From positions 1 through 28,259 of IMG/VR virus record IMGVR_UViG_3300020431_000027: DNA of 28,259 bases; one strand, given 5' to 3'. The DNA is from a virus (Duplodnaviria; Caudoviricetes). Positions 1 to 7,407 of the stretch are shown piece after piece. The notes under the pieces are model-generated. The model was not told the DNA's origin and did not search any database. It saw nothing but the letters and a program-made list of their open reading frames with translations. The translations under genes were made by a program, and so were the position numbers. Position 1 is the stretch's first letter; each line of letters opens with the position of its first letter.

Positions 1-548
1 GATGTGTCTGCTGGTAATGCTGATCCTGCTGGTGGTTCTACTGGTAATGCTGATGCTGGTGGTGTAGGTGTAGGTGTAGGTGAAGGTGTATTGGCTGGAT
101 TTGCTATAACTGCCTGCTTACCGTCATTAGAAATCTTATTTCCAGTTATTGGATCTACTGCTCCTGGGATTTTGAGATTAAAAAACCCTGTTTGCATGGT
201 TTTTATTTGTTCATCAGTTAGACCATCATCAGCATAATTTTTTGGGTTTTTAAAAACAGCTGCTCTTTCGTTATTAAATCCTCTAGCTCCTTGTGGTTCT
301 GAGTAGAATATTTTATTTATTTCAGTATCTGGTAAACTAGATTTTCCTCCTAATTTGCGTATATTGTTCGTACGCTTTGTCAGTTCAGGAAGATTAGTTA
401 TTTTCCAATCATTATTAGCTCCAACTTCTGCTAATTTGGTGGAACCAAAAAGGCCATCAACAAGTAATTCTGCCTTACCATTGATTGTATTAACTTCCAA
501 TCTTACAGGGAGACCATAAAATGATGTTTTAGTTGATATCTTAGCCAT
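1..548 (-). CDS. Partial CDS running off the left edge; virion/baseplate protein, possibly the gp48-like tail tube cap by position
   Basis: ATG at 548 (minus) opens MAKISTKTSFYGLPVRLEVNTINGKAELL... and stays open to the edge, ending in PSPTPTPTPPASALPVEPPAGSALPAD. Late promoter GATAAATA lies at 564-571. The gp48 identity is inferred only from cyanophage gene order. Confidence 0.7.
   Translation of the reverse strand, partial: MAKISTKTSFYGLPVRLEVNTINGKAELLVDGLFGSTKLAEVGANNDWKITNLPELTKRTNNIRKLGGKSSLPDTEINKIFYSEPQGARGFNNERAAVFKNPKNYADDGLTDEQIKTMQTGFFNLKIPGAVDPITGNKISNDGKQAVIANPANTPSPTPTPTPPASALPVEPPAGSALPADT
11..87. repeat. Coding low-complexity repeats (Pro/Thr linker)
   Basis: CTGGTAATGCTGAT occurs at 11-24 and 41-54, and GGTGTA x3 at 61-78. 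They encode SALP x2 and PTPTPTP on the minus strand. Confidence 0.8.
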
Positions 549-558
549 CAGAATATTT

Positions 559-951
559 TTAAGTATTTATCTTGAAATTTTGATATGGAATTGATCTGGT
601 ATCATTTAGTTCAAGTGGGTAGATGACGTGTAGATTGCTTTGAACTTCATCCCATGTATAATTTCTGAATGGGTTTTGACCTGTTGCTGCCCAATGATAG
701 TTGATGCCTTTGAATCCCCACTCTAAGACATCAATACAAGCAATTAAAGGGAACTCATCATATTGAATCCTAGGTGTCTTGGGAGTATAGATGAAGGTAT
801 AATATCTACCAACATCAGGAACAACCTCAACTTCAGGCAGAGCACCTAACAACGCAAGCATCCTATCATCAGGAGTTAGTTCATTGATAATGTCATCAAC
901 CACATACTCTAATCTATTTGTGTCGTTTTTTAGATACTCTTCCTGTTCCAT
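559..951 (-). CDS. gp2: gp2-like DNA end protector protein (short form)
   Basis: GRYYTFIYTPKTPRIQYDEFPLI...GFKGINYHW resembles the T4 gp2 core, and the gene is adjacent to gp4. Confidence 0.65.
   Translation of the reverse strand: MEQEEYLKNDTNRLEYVVDDIINELTPDDRMLALLGALPEVEVVPDVGRYYTFIYTPKTPRIQYDEFPLIACIDVLEWGFKGINYHWAATGQNPFRNYTWDEVQSNLHVIYPLELNDTRSIPYQNFKINT
564..571 (-). promoter_or_regulatory. T4-like late promoter
   Basis: GATAAATA on the minus strand, about 15 nt upstream of the ATG at 548. Confidence 0.6.
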
Positions 952-1396
952 ATGGTTTGATACCCAATTGGTCTTCTGTGATTATCATAAACTCAACACC
1001 ATTATCAAGAGCAAACTCTCTAGCAGCACCCCACTTAGCCTGATTGACTGCATAGGTAGTCACTTCATTGATGTATGTCTTGGTTGTCCTAGAGGGTTTC
1101 TTTGGTTCAAGAGTTTGCCTCTTTGGTTTTACTTCAACGATATACTTTTTAATTTTGCCACTAGTTTCTTTAACTTCAATCAGATAGTCAGGATAATATC
1201 TATGAACCCTTCCATCCTTAGGTGATAGATATGGGATTGAAAACTCTTCACTAGCCCACTTCAAGATATTATCATTATGATCACACCACTTACAAAAGAT
1301 GCGCTCCCAAGAGGAACGGCATACTATATTGTTAGAGTCACCCTGATATTTTTCAGGATAAGTCGGTTTATAGACTGACTTTATAGCTGCCGCCAT
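914..1396 (-). CDS. gp4: Head completion nuclease (TnsA-N-like PD-(D/E)xK)
   Basis: Motifs YKPTYPEKYQGD, RSSWE, WASEE..IPY, HRYYPDY, IVEVKP, NQAKW and FMIITE are typical of T4 gp4. Confidence 0.92.
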   Translation of the reverse strand: MAAAIKSVYKPTYPEKYQGDSNNIVCRSSWERIFCKWCDHNDNILKWASEEFSIPYLSPKDGRVHRYYPDYLIEVKETSGKIKKYIVEVKPKRQTLEPKKPSRTTKTYINEVTTYAVNQAKWGAAREFALDNGVEFMIITEDQLGIKPYGTGRVSKKRHK

Positions 1397-1418
1397 ACAT
1401 AGTAATAGTAATCACGCC

Positions 1419-1426
1419 TATTTATA
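1419..1426 (-). promoter_or_regulatory. T4 late promoter, perfect consensus
   Basis: TATAAATA on the minus strand, 22 nt upstream of the gp4 ATG. Confidence 0.8.
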
Positions 1427-1427
1427 G

Positions 1428-2240
1428 ATGGCAGGACCAAAACCAAATAGTATAGGTACTTCAGAATTGAAGAGCAGGATCATGAATCTTGCTCAAACCT
1501 CAGTCTATCAGGTGAAAATTCAACCACCTAGTGCTGTTGATAAAGCAATGGGAGGTGTGTATCAGAAGTATGGTAGAGATATTGATCTTCTATGCAGTGA
1601 TACAACACTTCCTGGTAGTTCTTTAGCAACTCATGATGTTACTTCAGACTATATGGGTGTGTCTGAGAAGATGGCTTATAGAAGGATATATGATAATAAT
1701 ATAGACATGACGTTCTATGTTGATAAGAATTATAATGTGATAGAATTTTTTGATGGATGGATTGATTTCATCTCTGGTATGGGACAGGGAGGAAGATCTT
1801 ATAATGGTTACAATAATGTTAGTGCTGGATACAGAATGTCGTATCCAAGAAGTTATAAGACAAGTATCTATGTCTCTAAATTTGAGAAGGATGCCTCTAA
1901 TAAGGCATTGTATTATAATTTCATTGATGCATTTCCAATCGCAATGAATGCAATACCAGTTTCTTATTCTGCTAGTGATATACTAAAAGTCAGTGTTTCA
2001 TTTTCTTATGTGAGGTACACATTGACTAAGGCATCTGGTATTAAGAATCCATATGATCCAAACAATTCAACCCCAATACCCTTTGAAACTGGTATAAATA
2101 ATCCTCTCAATATTGCAGAATTTGATGGTTTTGGTTTTAATCAAGATTTTTGGAGGGATCCCATAGCATTTAGTGTTGACTTTAATTCTGGTATTGATCT
2201 GGGACTTGATCTTCCTAGAATTCCTACCTTTCTACAGTAG
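1428..2240 (+). CDS. Tail-tube-fold baseplate protein (gp19/gp54-like)
   Basis: LLCSDTTLPGSSL, MTFYVD..FFDGWID and DAFPIAMNAIPVSY..LKVSVSFSY follow the T4 tube-protein pattern. The gene lies just upstream of gp26. Confidence 0.75.
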   Translation: MAGPKPNSIGTSELKSRIMNLAQTSVYQVKIQPPSAVDKAMGGVYQKYGRDIDLLCSDTTLPGSSLATHDVTSDYMGVSEKMAYRRIYDNNIDMTFYVDKNYNVIEFFDGWIDFISGMGQGGRSYNGYNNVSAGYRMSYPRSYKTSIYVSKFEKDASNKALYYNFIDAFPIAMNAIPVSYSASDILKVSVSFSYVRYTLTKASGIKNPYDPNNSTPIPFETGINNPLNIAEFDGFGFNQDFWRDPIAFSVDFNSGIDLGLDLPRIPTFLQ

Positions 2241-2241
2241 A

Positions 2242-2249
2242 GATAAATA
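2242..2249 (+). promoter_or_regulatory. T4-like late promoter
   Basis: GATAAATA in the intergenic gap, 28 nt before the gp26 ATG. Confidence 0.75.
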
Positions 2250-2277
2250 TTCACACTGAAATAATCATTAGGTTGTT

Positions 2278-2997
2278 ATGCCCTTACCAACAATTGCTAC
2301 TCCAATTTATGAGTTGGAACTGCCTTCTACAAAAAAGTCAATTAAGTATAGGCCATTCCTAGTAAAGGAAGAGAAGTTATTGGTCCTTGCCTTAGAGAGT
2401 GAAGACACAAAACAGATTACAAATGCAATGACTGCAGTAATCAAGAGTTGTATTTTAACTAAGGGGATTAAGGTGGAGACACTTCCCACTTTTGATATTG
2501 AGTATCTCTTTTTAAATATTAGAGGCAAGTCTGTTGGGGAAGAAGTTGAATTGAATATCATTGCACCTGATGATGGCACTACTGAGATTCCAATCAAGAT
2601 TAATCTTGATGATATCAAAGTTATTGAGGATGAAACTCATACAAAACAAATTAAACTTGATGAGACATTGATGATGGAGATGAAATATCCTTCACTAGAT
2701 CAGTTTATTAAAAACAACTTTGACTTTAATAATCAATCAAATGTTGATCAATCATTTGAATTAATTGGTACATGTATTGATAAGATTTATAGTGAGGATG
2801 ATGTTTGGGCAACTGCAGATTTTTCTAAAGAAGAAGTAACAGATTTTCTTGGACAGATGAATTCTCTTCAGTTCAAAGAGATTGAGAAGTTCTTTAACAC
2901 TATGCCTAAACTTTCACATACAGTTAAGGTTACTAACCCCACAACAAAGAAGAAAAGTGAAGTAGTGCTTGAGGGATTATCAAGTTTTTTCGCATAG
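2278..2997 (+). CDS. gp26: Baseplate hub subunit / assembly chaperone
   Basis: MPLPTIATPIYELELPST, YRPFLVKEEKLL, FDIEYLFLNIRGKSVGE, MKYPS, FFNTMPKL and the LEGLSSFF terminus are characteristic of cyanophage gp26. Confidence 0.9.
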   Translation: MPLPTIATPIYELELPSTKKSIKYRPFLVKEEKLLVLALESEDTKQITNAMTAVIKSCILTKGIKVETLPTFDIEYLFLNIRGKSVGEEVELNIIAPDDGTTEIPIKINLDDIKVIEDETHTKQIKLDETLMMEMKYPSLDQFIKNNFDFNNQSNVDQSFELIGTCIDKIYSEDDVWATADFSKEEVTDFLGQMNSLQFKEIEKFFNTMPKLSHTVKVTNPTTKKKSEVVLEGLSSFFA

Positions 2998-3051
2998 GCA
3001 TGATCCATATGGATCTTGAGGGATATTATAAACTCAATTTTGCCCTGATGC
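2985..3051 (+). promoter_or_regulatory. Candidate -1 programmed ribosomal frameshift signal
   Basis: T-TTT-TTC at 2985-2991 is in X-XXY-YYZ phase with gp26. The -1 frame is open into the ATG at 3000. Hairpins form at 3002-3015 and 3016-3037. Confidence 0.65.
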
Positions 3052-3176
3052 AGTACCATAAATATTCATTAACTGAGATTGAAAATCTTATCCCTTGGGA
3101 GAGAGATGTTTATGTAAATCTTCTACAACAACACCTAGAAGATGAAGAGCAAAAAATGAAGGCAAGGAATGGCTAG
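3000..3176 (+). CDS. gp51: gp51-like baseplate hub assembly catalyst (58 aa, not in ORF track); possibly made as a frameshift extension of gp26
   Basis: Manual translation gives MIHMDLEGYYKLNFALMQYHKYSLTEIENLIPWERDVYVNLLQQHLEDEEQKMKARNG. It carries the NFALMQYHKYSL..IE...PWER family motif. Confidence 0.88.
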   Translation: MIHMDLEGYYKLNFALMQYHKYSLTEIENLIPWERDVYVNLLQQHLEDEEQKMKARNG

Positions 3177-5229
3177 GAGAATCCAAAGAAAAGGTCCATC
3201 TGGTAAGAAGGCTGCTGCTGAAAAGCTCATCAAGGAACTTCAAGACGCCAAGAAATCTGAGGATGTTCCAGCAGGTTTAGACGCACTGATTGATTCTATT
3301 CAAAATGCATCCTCTGATGAATCTGGAGATTCTTCTGCCCTTGCACTTATTCCTAAAGTAGATGATACAGAAGAAGAGTTAGTTTCTGAAGAAGTTGATG
3401 AGAGAATACTGACTCTCTTAGGTCAACAAGATGTAAATGATATTGACTATGGTACATATAAAACTCTTTTAAAAGAGAAGATGATGGCTGCTAGGATGGC
3501 AGACAGCAAAATTCCTACAGAAGAAACAGAATTACTGACTGATGAATATAAAAGAGTAAAGACAAAGACTGGTAGATTTAAAGTTAAGAAAAAGAAAGTT
3601 AATAAAGATAGTTTCTTCAATGCTGCTAGTGATATCGCTACCTCACCAGGTAAGAATCTCAAGGCGCTCCCTCCTGGTTTAGATAAGAAAGTGGAGGAAG
3701 GATTAGAAGAGGTAGGAGAAGAAAAGATTGATGAGACAATGGAGTTCATCAAGAATGTTTTAGCGCCAAGTCTTACAACTATTGAAAAGAATCTTGAAGG
3801 AATACTTGAAACTTTATCTAAGCAACTGCAGTTAGAGAAGAAGCAAGCAACTAAAGCAGATAAAGATAAGCAGAAGACAAAGAGAACAGCAAGAGAGGCA
3901 GTACTAGAAGGGGAAGAAAGTAAGTCCTCTAAGATAAAAGGAATGGCTGAGAAGATAATGAAACCAGCAATGGGTATCTTTGATTTCATTAAGAACTTTG
4001 TTATACAAACTCTGATGGGTGGTGCTTTTGTATGGTTACTTAAATTCTTACAAGACCCTGCTGGCAACTTTGATAAGATGTGGAAAGGGTTGATCAATGG
4101 CATCATTGGTCTTCTCAATAGTCTTATCACATTGATATATGATAATGTCATAATGCCTATTAATCAGGCTCTCAATGCTATAAACACAGCTATTGGGGAT
4201 ATGGAGAAGCAAATTAATAATGCTCTTTCTATATTTGGTGGTGGTGGAATTCAACTTCCTAAAATACCACTGATTCCATTGATGCAAATCCAACCTATAC
4301 CACTTGCTGGACAACCTCCCAATCAAGGTGGACCAGTAACTTTCACTGCACCAACTATGGATGGTGGTGGTAAGGTAGAAGGTGATACTGGAATACAAAT
4401 AACAGGTGCTGGACCTGATACGCAACTTGTGGCACTCTCTCCTGGTGAAGTTGTGATGAGCAATAAGGCAGGAGATATGTATGGTAGAGATAATCTACTT
4501 GCTGCTAATGCTGCTGCTGGAGGAACCAACAGACCTAAGATGGGCAAGGTTCAGATGGCATCTGGTGGTGGTCAGATTATGGCTATGCAGAATGGAGGTC
4601 TGGTCACTCAATCTAGTTTACCAGCACTTCCGCCCACTGGGACTGGAGGTAAAAGTTTATCTGCAGCTCAACAATATGGTGCAAAAAGAAGTGGTGGTAG
4701 ATTGCATGCTGGGCAAGATTTTGACGCACCACCCAATGGTATTTTTTACTCAAGAATTGGTGGTAAAGTAATCTATGCTAATAATGCTGGTGGTGGTTAT
4801 GGCAATGTAGTTGATGTTTATAATAAAGAACTTGGTTTTACTGAGAGAGTTGCAGAGGGTGATACTAATTTAGTAAGAGCAGGTGCCACGATTAAACAGG
4901 GGACTCCTCTACAAAAAGGGACAAGACAAACAGGTGTATTTCATTATGAAATAAGAAAGGGAAGGGCTACAGATTCTGGTAGTTTTTCTGGAACTATTAA
5001 TCCACTTCAATTTCTAAAAAAATTAGATGACAAAATTAAAAATATTGGCGCACCATCTGCATCTAATGGAGATGTAAATGTGGTGTTAGTTCCTGCAGAA
5101 CAGGGTAAGGGTGGACAATCATTGTCTAACTCTGGTGCCAATCAATCAAAGGTTCCTGGATTCTCTGCTGTTGATGGAAATAACTTTGAGATGATGGTAG
5201 TTAAATCAATCTATAACATAGTAGGATAA
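3169..5229 (+). CDS. Long virion protein, tape-measure-like, with C-terminal M23 peptidase-like domain
   Basis: Charged coiled-coil N-terminus, hydrophobic helical middle, then GRLHAGQDFD (HxxxD), GGGYGNVV, VFHYEIR and INPLQFL. Confidence 0.78.
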   Translation: MARRIQRKGPSGKKAAAEKLIKELQDAKKSEDVPAGLDALIDSIQNASSDESGDSSALALIPKVDDTEEELVSEEVDERILTLLGQQDVNDIDYGTYKTLLKEKMMAARMADSKIPTEETELLTDEYKRVKTKTGRFKVKKKKVNKDSFFNAASDIATSPGKNLKALPPGLDKKVEEGLEEVGEEKIDETMEFIKNVLAPSLTTIEKNLEGILETLSKQLQLEKKQATKADKDKQKTKRTAREAVLEGEESKSSKIKGMAEKIMKPAMGIFDFIKNFVIQTLMGGAFVWLLKFLQDPAGNFDKMWKGLINGIIGLLNSLITLIYDNVIMPINQALNAINTAIGDMEKQINNALSIFGGGGIQLPKIPLIPLMQIQPIPLAGQPPNQGGPVTFTAPTMDGGGKVEGDTGIQITGAGPDTQLVALSPGEVVMSNKAGDMYGRDNLLAANAAAGGTNRPKMGKVQMASGGGQIMAMQNGGLVTQSSLPALPPTGTGGKSLSAAQQYGAKRSGGRLHAGQDFDAPPNGIFYSRIGGKVIYANNAGGGYGNVVDVYNKELGFTERVAEGDTNLVRAGATIKQGTPLQKGTRQTGVFHYEIRKGRATDSGSFSGTINPLQFLKKLDDKIKNIGAPSASNGDVNVVLVPAEQGKGGQSLSNSGANQSKVPGFSAVDGNNFEMMVVKSIYNIVG

Positions 5230-5232
5230 GAT

Positions 5233-7407
5233 ATGGCTTTACCTCTACTATTAGGTGCAGCAAAAGGTCTGCTCTCAAATACTACAAAGAGCGTAGTAAA
5301 AAAGAAAGCAGCATCAACTGCAAAGGATTTTGTTACTGGCAAAGGTAAGGATAAGAAGAAAGGTGGATCTCTTATAAAGAAAGGATCATCTACAGAGTCT
5401 TCAACTAAAGCAAAAGTAAAACCAACTCAAAAATATGCAGGTGGTGTTTCTTCTTCAGGAGGACCATCAGGTGTACCTAAGGCAGAAGTATCTTCTGGTG
5501 GTAGTAATGTGAGTTATGAAAAATTAACTCAACAACTTGATAATATTATTGGACTTACTTCTTCTTTGGATAAGGCATTCAAAGGGCAATATGATCAAAA
5601 GAAAAAGGAATCTAAAAAGAAGGACAAGGAAGCACAAAAAGCAAAGAGAGAAGGTAGAGAAGCAACTTTAGAAGGTGGTAGTTCTAGGTCTGGTGCTATT
5701 GGCGGATCTATTCTTGGAGCAGCAAAGAAGTTTAATATTTTTAACTTCTTACTTAATACTTTGATGGGTGGTCTTGCTGTACTATTCTTAAAGAATTTTG
5801 AGTCAATCAAGAGTTTCTTTACTGAGTTTGGAGAAGCATTTAATAATAAGATGAATCTCCTTAGGTGGGGATTGATGGCACTTAACAAACCTATATCAGC
5901 AGCAACAAGAACTGTAGCAAAAGTATTCACACCGCTTCTTAAAAAAGTTGGTGGAGGTTTGAAGAAAGGAATTACTGGTATTGGAAAATTTGTTGGTAAG
6001 GGATTAAAGAAGTTGGGTTTAGGCATATTCAACTTTGCCAAGAAAATGCATCAAGCAGTGAAGACTGCTGCTACATCTGGAGCAAAAAGTGCAGCAAAAA
6101 GTGCATCAAAAAGTGCAGCAAAATCAGGAACAAGAGTTGCAACTAATTCTGCAACAAAGAGTGGATTGAGATCTGCTACTAACCCTTCTTTAGCAGCAAT
6201 AAAGAAATTTGGAAAGTCTGGTGCTACAAGATTATCTAAATTCTCAAAAGGTATTAGAGGAATACCATTAGTTGGTTCACTTATTGCTATTGGTATTGAT
6301 TTGGCAATGGGAGAGACACTTGATAGAGCAATTGTTGGTGCCATTGGTGGTTCTCTTGGATTCTCTATTGGTGCAGCAATTGGAACAGGTCTCATTCCTA
6401 TTCCATTTCTTGGCACAGCAATTGGTGGTTTTGTAGGTGCAGGTCTAGGAGACTTCTTTGCTAAAAAACTTTACAGTAATTTTGCATCTAACTTAATAGG
6501 TCAAGGTCTGAGTCCTCTTGGTGATTCAGGGATAACAGAAGAGCAGATGAAACAAAAACTAAAAGAACAACAAGATGCAACTGCTGAGATAATGAAAGAT
6601 GACCCTAGAATGAATCCTGATGCAGTGACTCAAGCAAATGGTACTGGTCCTATTGATATGGGTGCAGATGTTAATGCAAAATTAAAGAAGATGGCAGGGT
6701 ATGCCATGCAAGCAGGATTTACCAAAGAACAAGCAAAAGTTATGGCAGCAATTGCCGGTGGTGAGTCTACTTTTGATAACACAGCACATAATAATGAAGG
6801 TAGAGATAACTCCTATGGTCTGTGGCAGATTAATATGCGGGGCCCATTGGGCCCGGAAAGGAGAAAGCAGTTTGGTATTTCATCTAACGAACAGTTGTTT
6901 GATCCGGTAACCAATGCTAAGGCAGCAAAGGCAATCTTTGACTCTGGCCAAGGATTTAATGCATGGGGTGCATATAAAGATGGTAATGCTGCCAAATATA
7001 TGAACGCAGCAAAGTCACTTGATCTGAGTGGGACTACTTCTGCTCCACAAGTTACTCCTATCAATAAACCATTGACTGTTCCTATGGATCAGATACCAGG
7101 AGAAAATGCACCACAAGCAGAGATAGATGAATACTTTAGAAGATTAGATGCTGGAGAATTGACAGGCACTCAGGTTTCGCCTACAGTATCTCCTACAGCA
7201 CAGTCTTCCTCTGTTGCATCAAGAGCATCTTATGAGGGTGGTGGATCTCAGACAGTGAGTGTTCCATATCCAGTAGGAGGGGGTCAAGAATCTCCTATGA
7301 TGGGTGGTAGTTCTGGTGGTGTTACAGTGATGGGTGGGTCTACCAGATCTTTGGTAAATAGTTATTACAAATCCAAGTTGATGGGATTCCTATACAAGCA
7401 AGGTTAA
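5233..7407 (+). CDS. Long virion protein, tape-measure-like, with lytic transglycosylase/lysozyme-fold domain
   Basis: Lys-rich N-terminus and glycine-zipper hydrophobic segment, then AAIAGGES (catalytic Glu511), SYGLWQIN, LFDPVTNAKAA and FNAWGAY. Confidence 0.8.
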   Translation: MALPLLLGAAKGLLSNTTKSVVKKKAASTAKDFVTGKGKDKKKGGSLIKKGSSTESSTKAKVKPTQKYAGGVSSSGGPSGVPKAEVSSGGSNVSYEKLTQQLDNIIGLTSSLDKAFKGQYDQKKKESKKKDKEAQKAKREGREATLEGGSSRSGAIGGSILGAAKKFNIFNFLLNTLMGGLAVLFLKNFESIKSFFTEFGEAFNNKMNLLRWGLMALNKPISAATRTVAKVFTPLLKKVGGGLKKGITGIGKFVGKGLKKLGLGIFNFAKKMHQAVKTAATSGAKSAAKSASKSAAKSGTRVATNSATKSGLRSATNPSLAAIKKFGKSGATRLSKFSKGIRGIPLVGSLIAIGIDLAMGETLDRAIVGAIGGSLGFSIGAAIGTGLIPIPFLGTAIGGFVGAGLGDFFAKKLYSNFASNLIGQGLSPLGDSGITEEQMKQKLKEQQDATAEIMKDDPRMNPDAVTQANGTGPIDMGADVNAKLKKMAGYAMQAGFTKEQAKVMAAIAGGESTFDNTAHNNEGRDNSYGLWQINMRGPLGPERRKQFGISSNEQLFDPVTNAKAAKAIFDSGQGFNAWGAYKDGNAAKYMNAAKSLDLSGTTSAPQVTPINKPLTVPMDQIPGENAPQAEIDEYFRRLDAGELTGTQVSPTVSPTAQSSSVASRASYEGGGSQTVSVPYPVGGGQESPMMGGSSGGVTVMGGSTRSLVNSYYKSKLMGFLYKQG
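6082..6129 (+). repeat. 12-bp coding tandem repeat (AKSA x4)
   Basis: GCAAAAAGTGCA GCAAAAAGTGCA TCAAAAAGTGCA GCAAAATCAGGA. Confidence 0.85.

Noticed and set aside
4-237. Plus-strand 77-aa ORF with GVGVGV
   Set aside because: It is the antisense shadow of the Pro/Thr-rich minus-strand gene, which has its own start and late promoter.
914-1396. TnsA-like nuclease as a transposon or homing endonuclease
   Set aside because: It matches core gp4 in its usual context, with no other transposition genes or terminal repeats.
2093-2100. Perfect TATAAATA inside the 1428-2240 gene
   Set aside because: It is intragenic in AT-rich DNA, and a better-placed GATAAATA lies at 2242. It could still be a secondary promoter, as could CATAAATA at 3057-3064.
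3447-7064. Long minus-strand ORFs (e.g. 3447-4151, 5595-6041, 6051-6416)
   Set aside because: They mirror the codons of the plus-strand genes and have no recognisable motifs or expression signals. The same applies to 2307-2618, 21811-22281 and 27909-28235.
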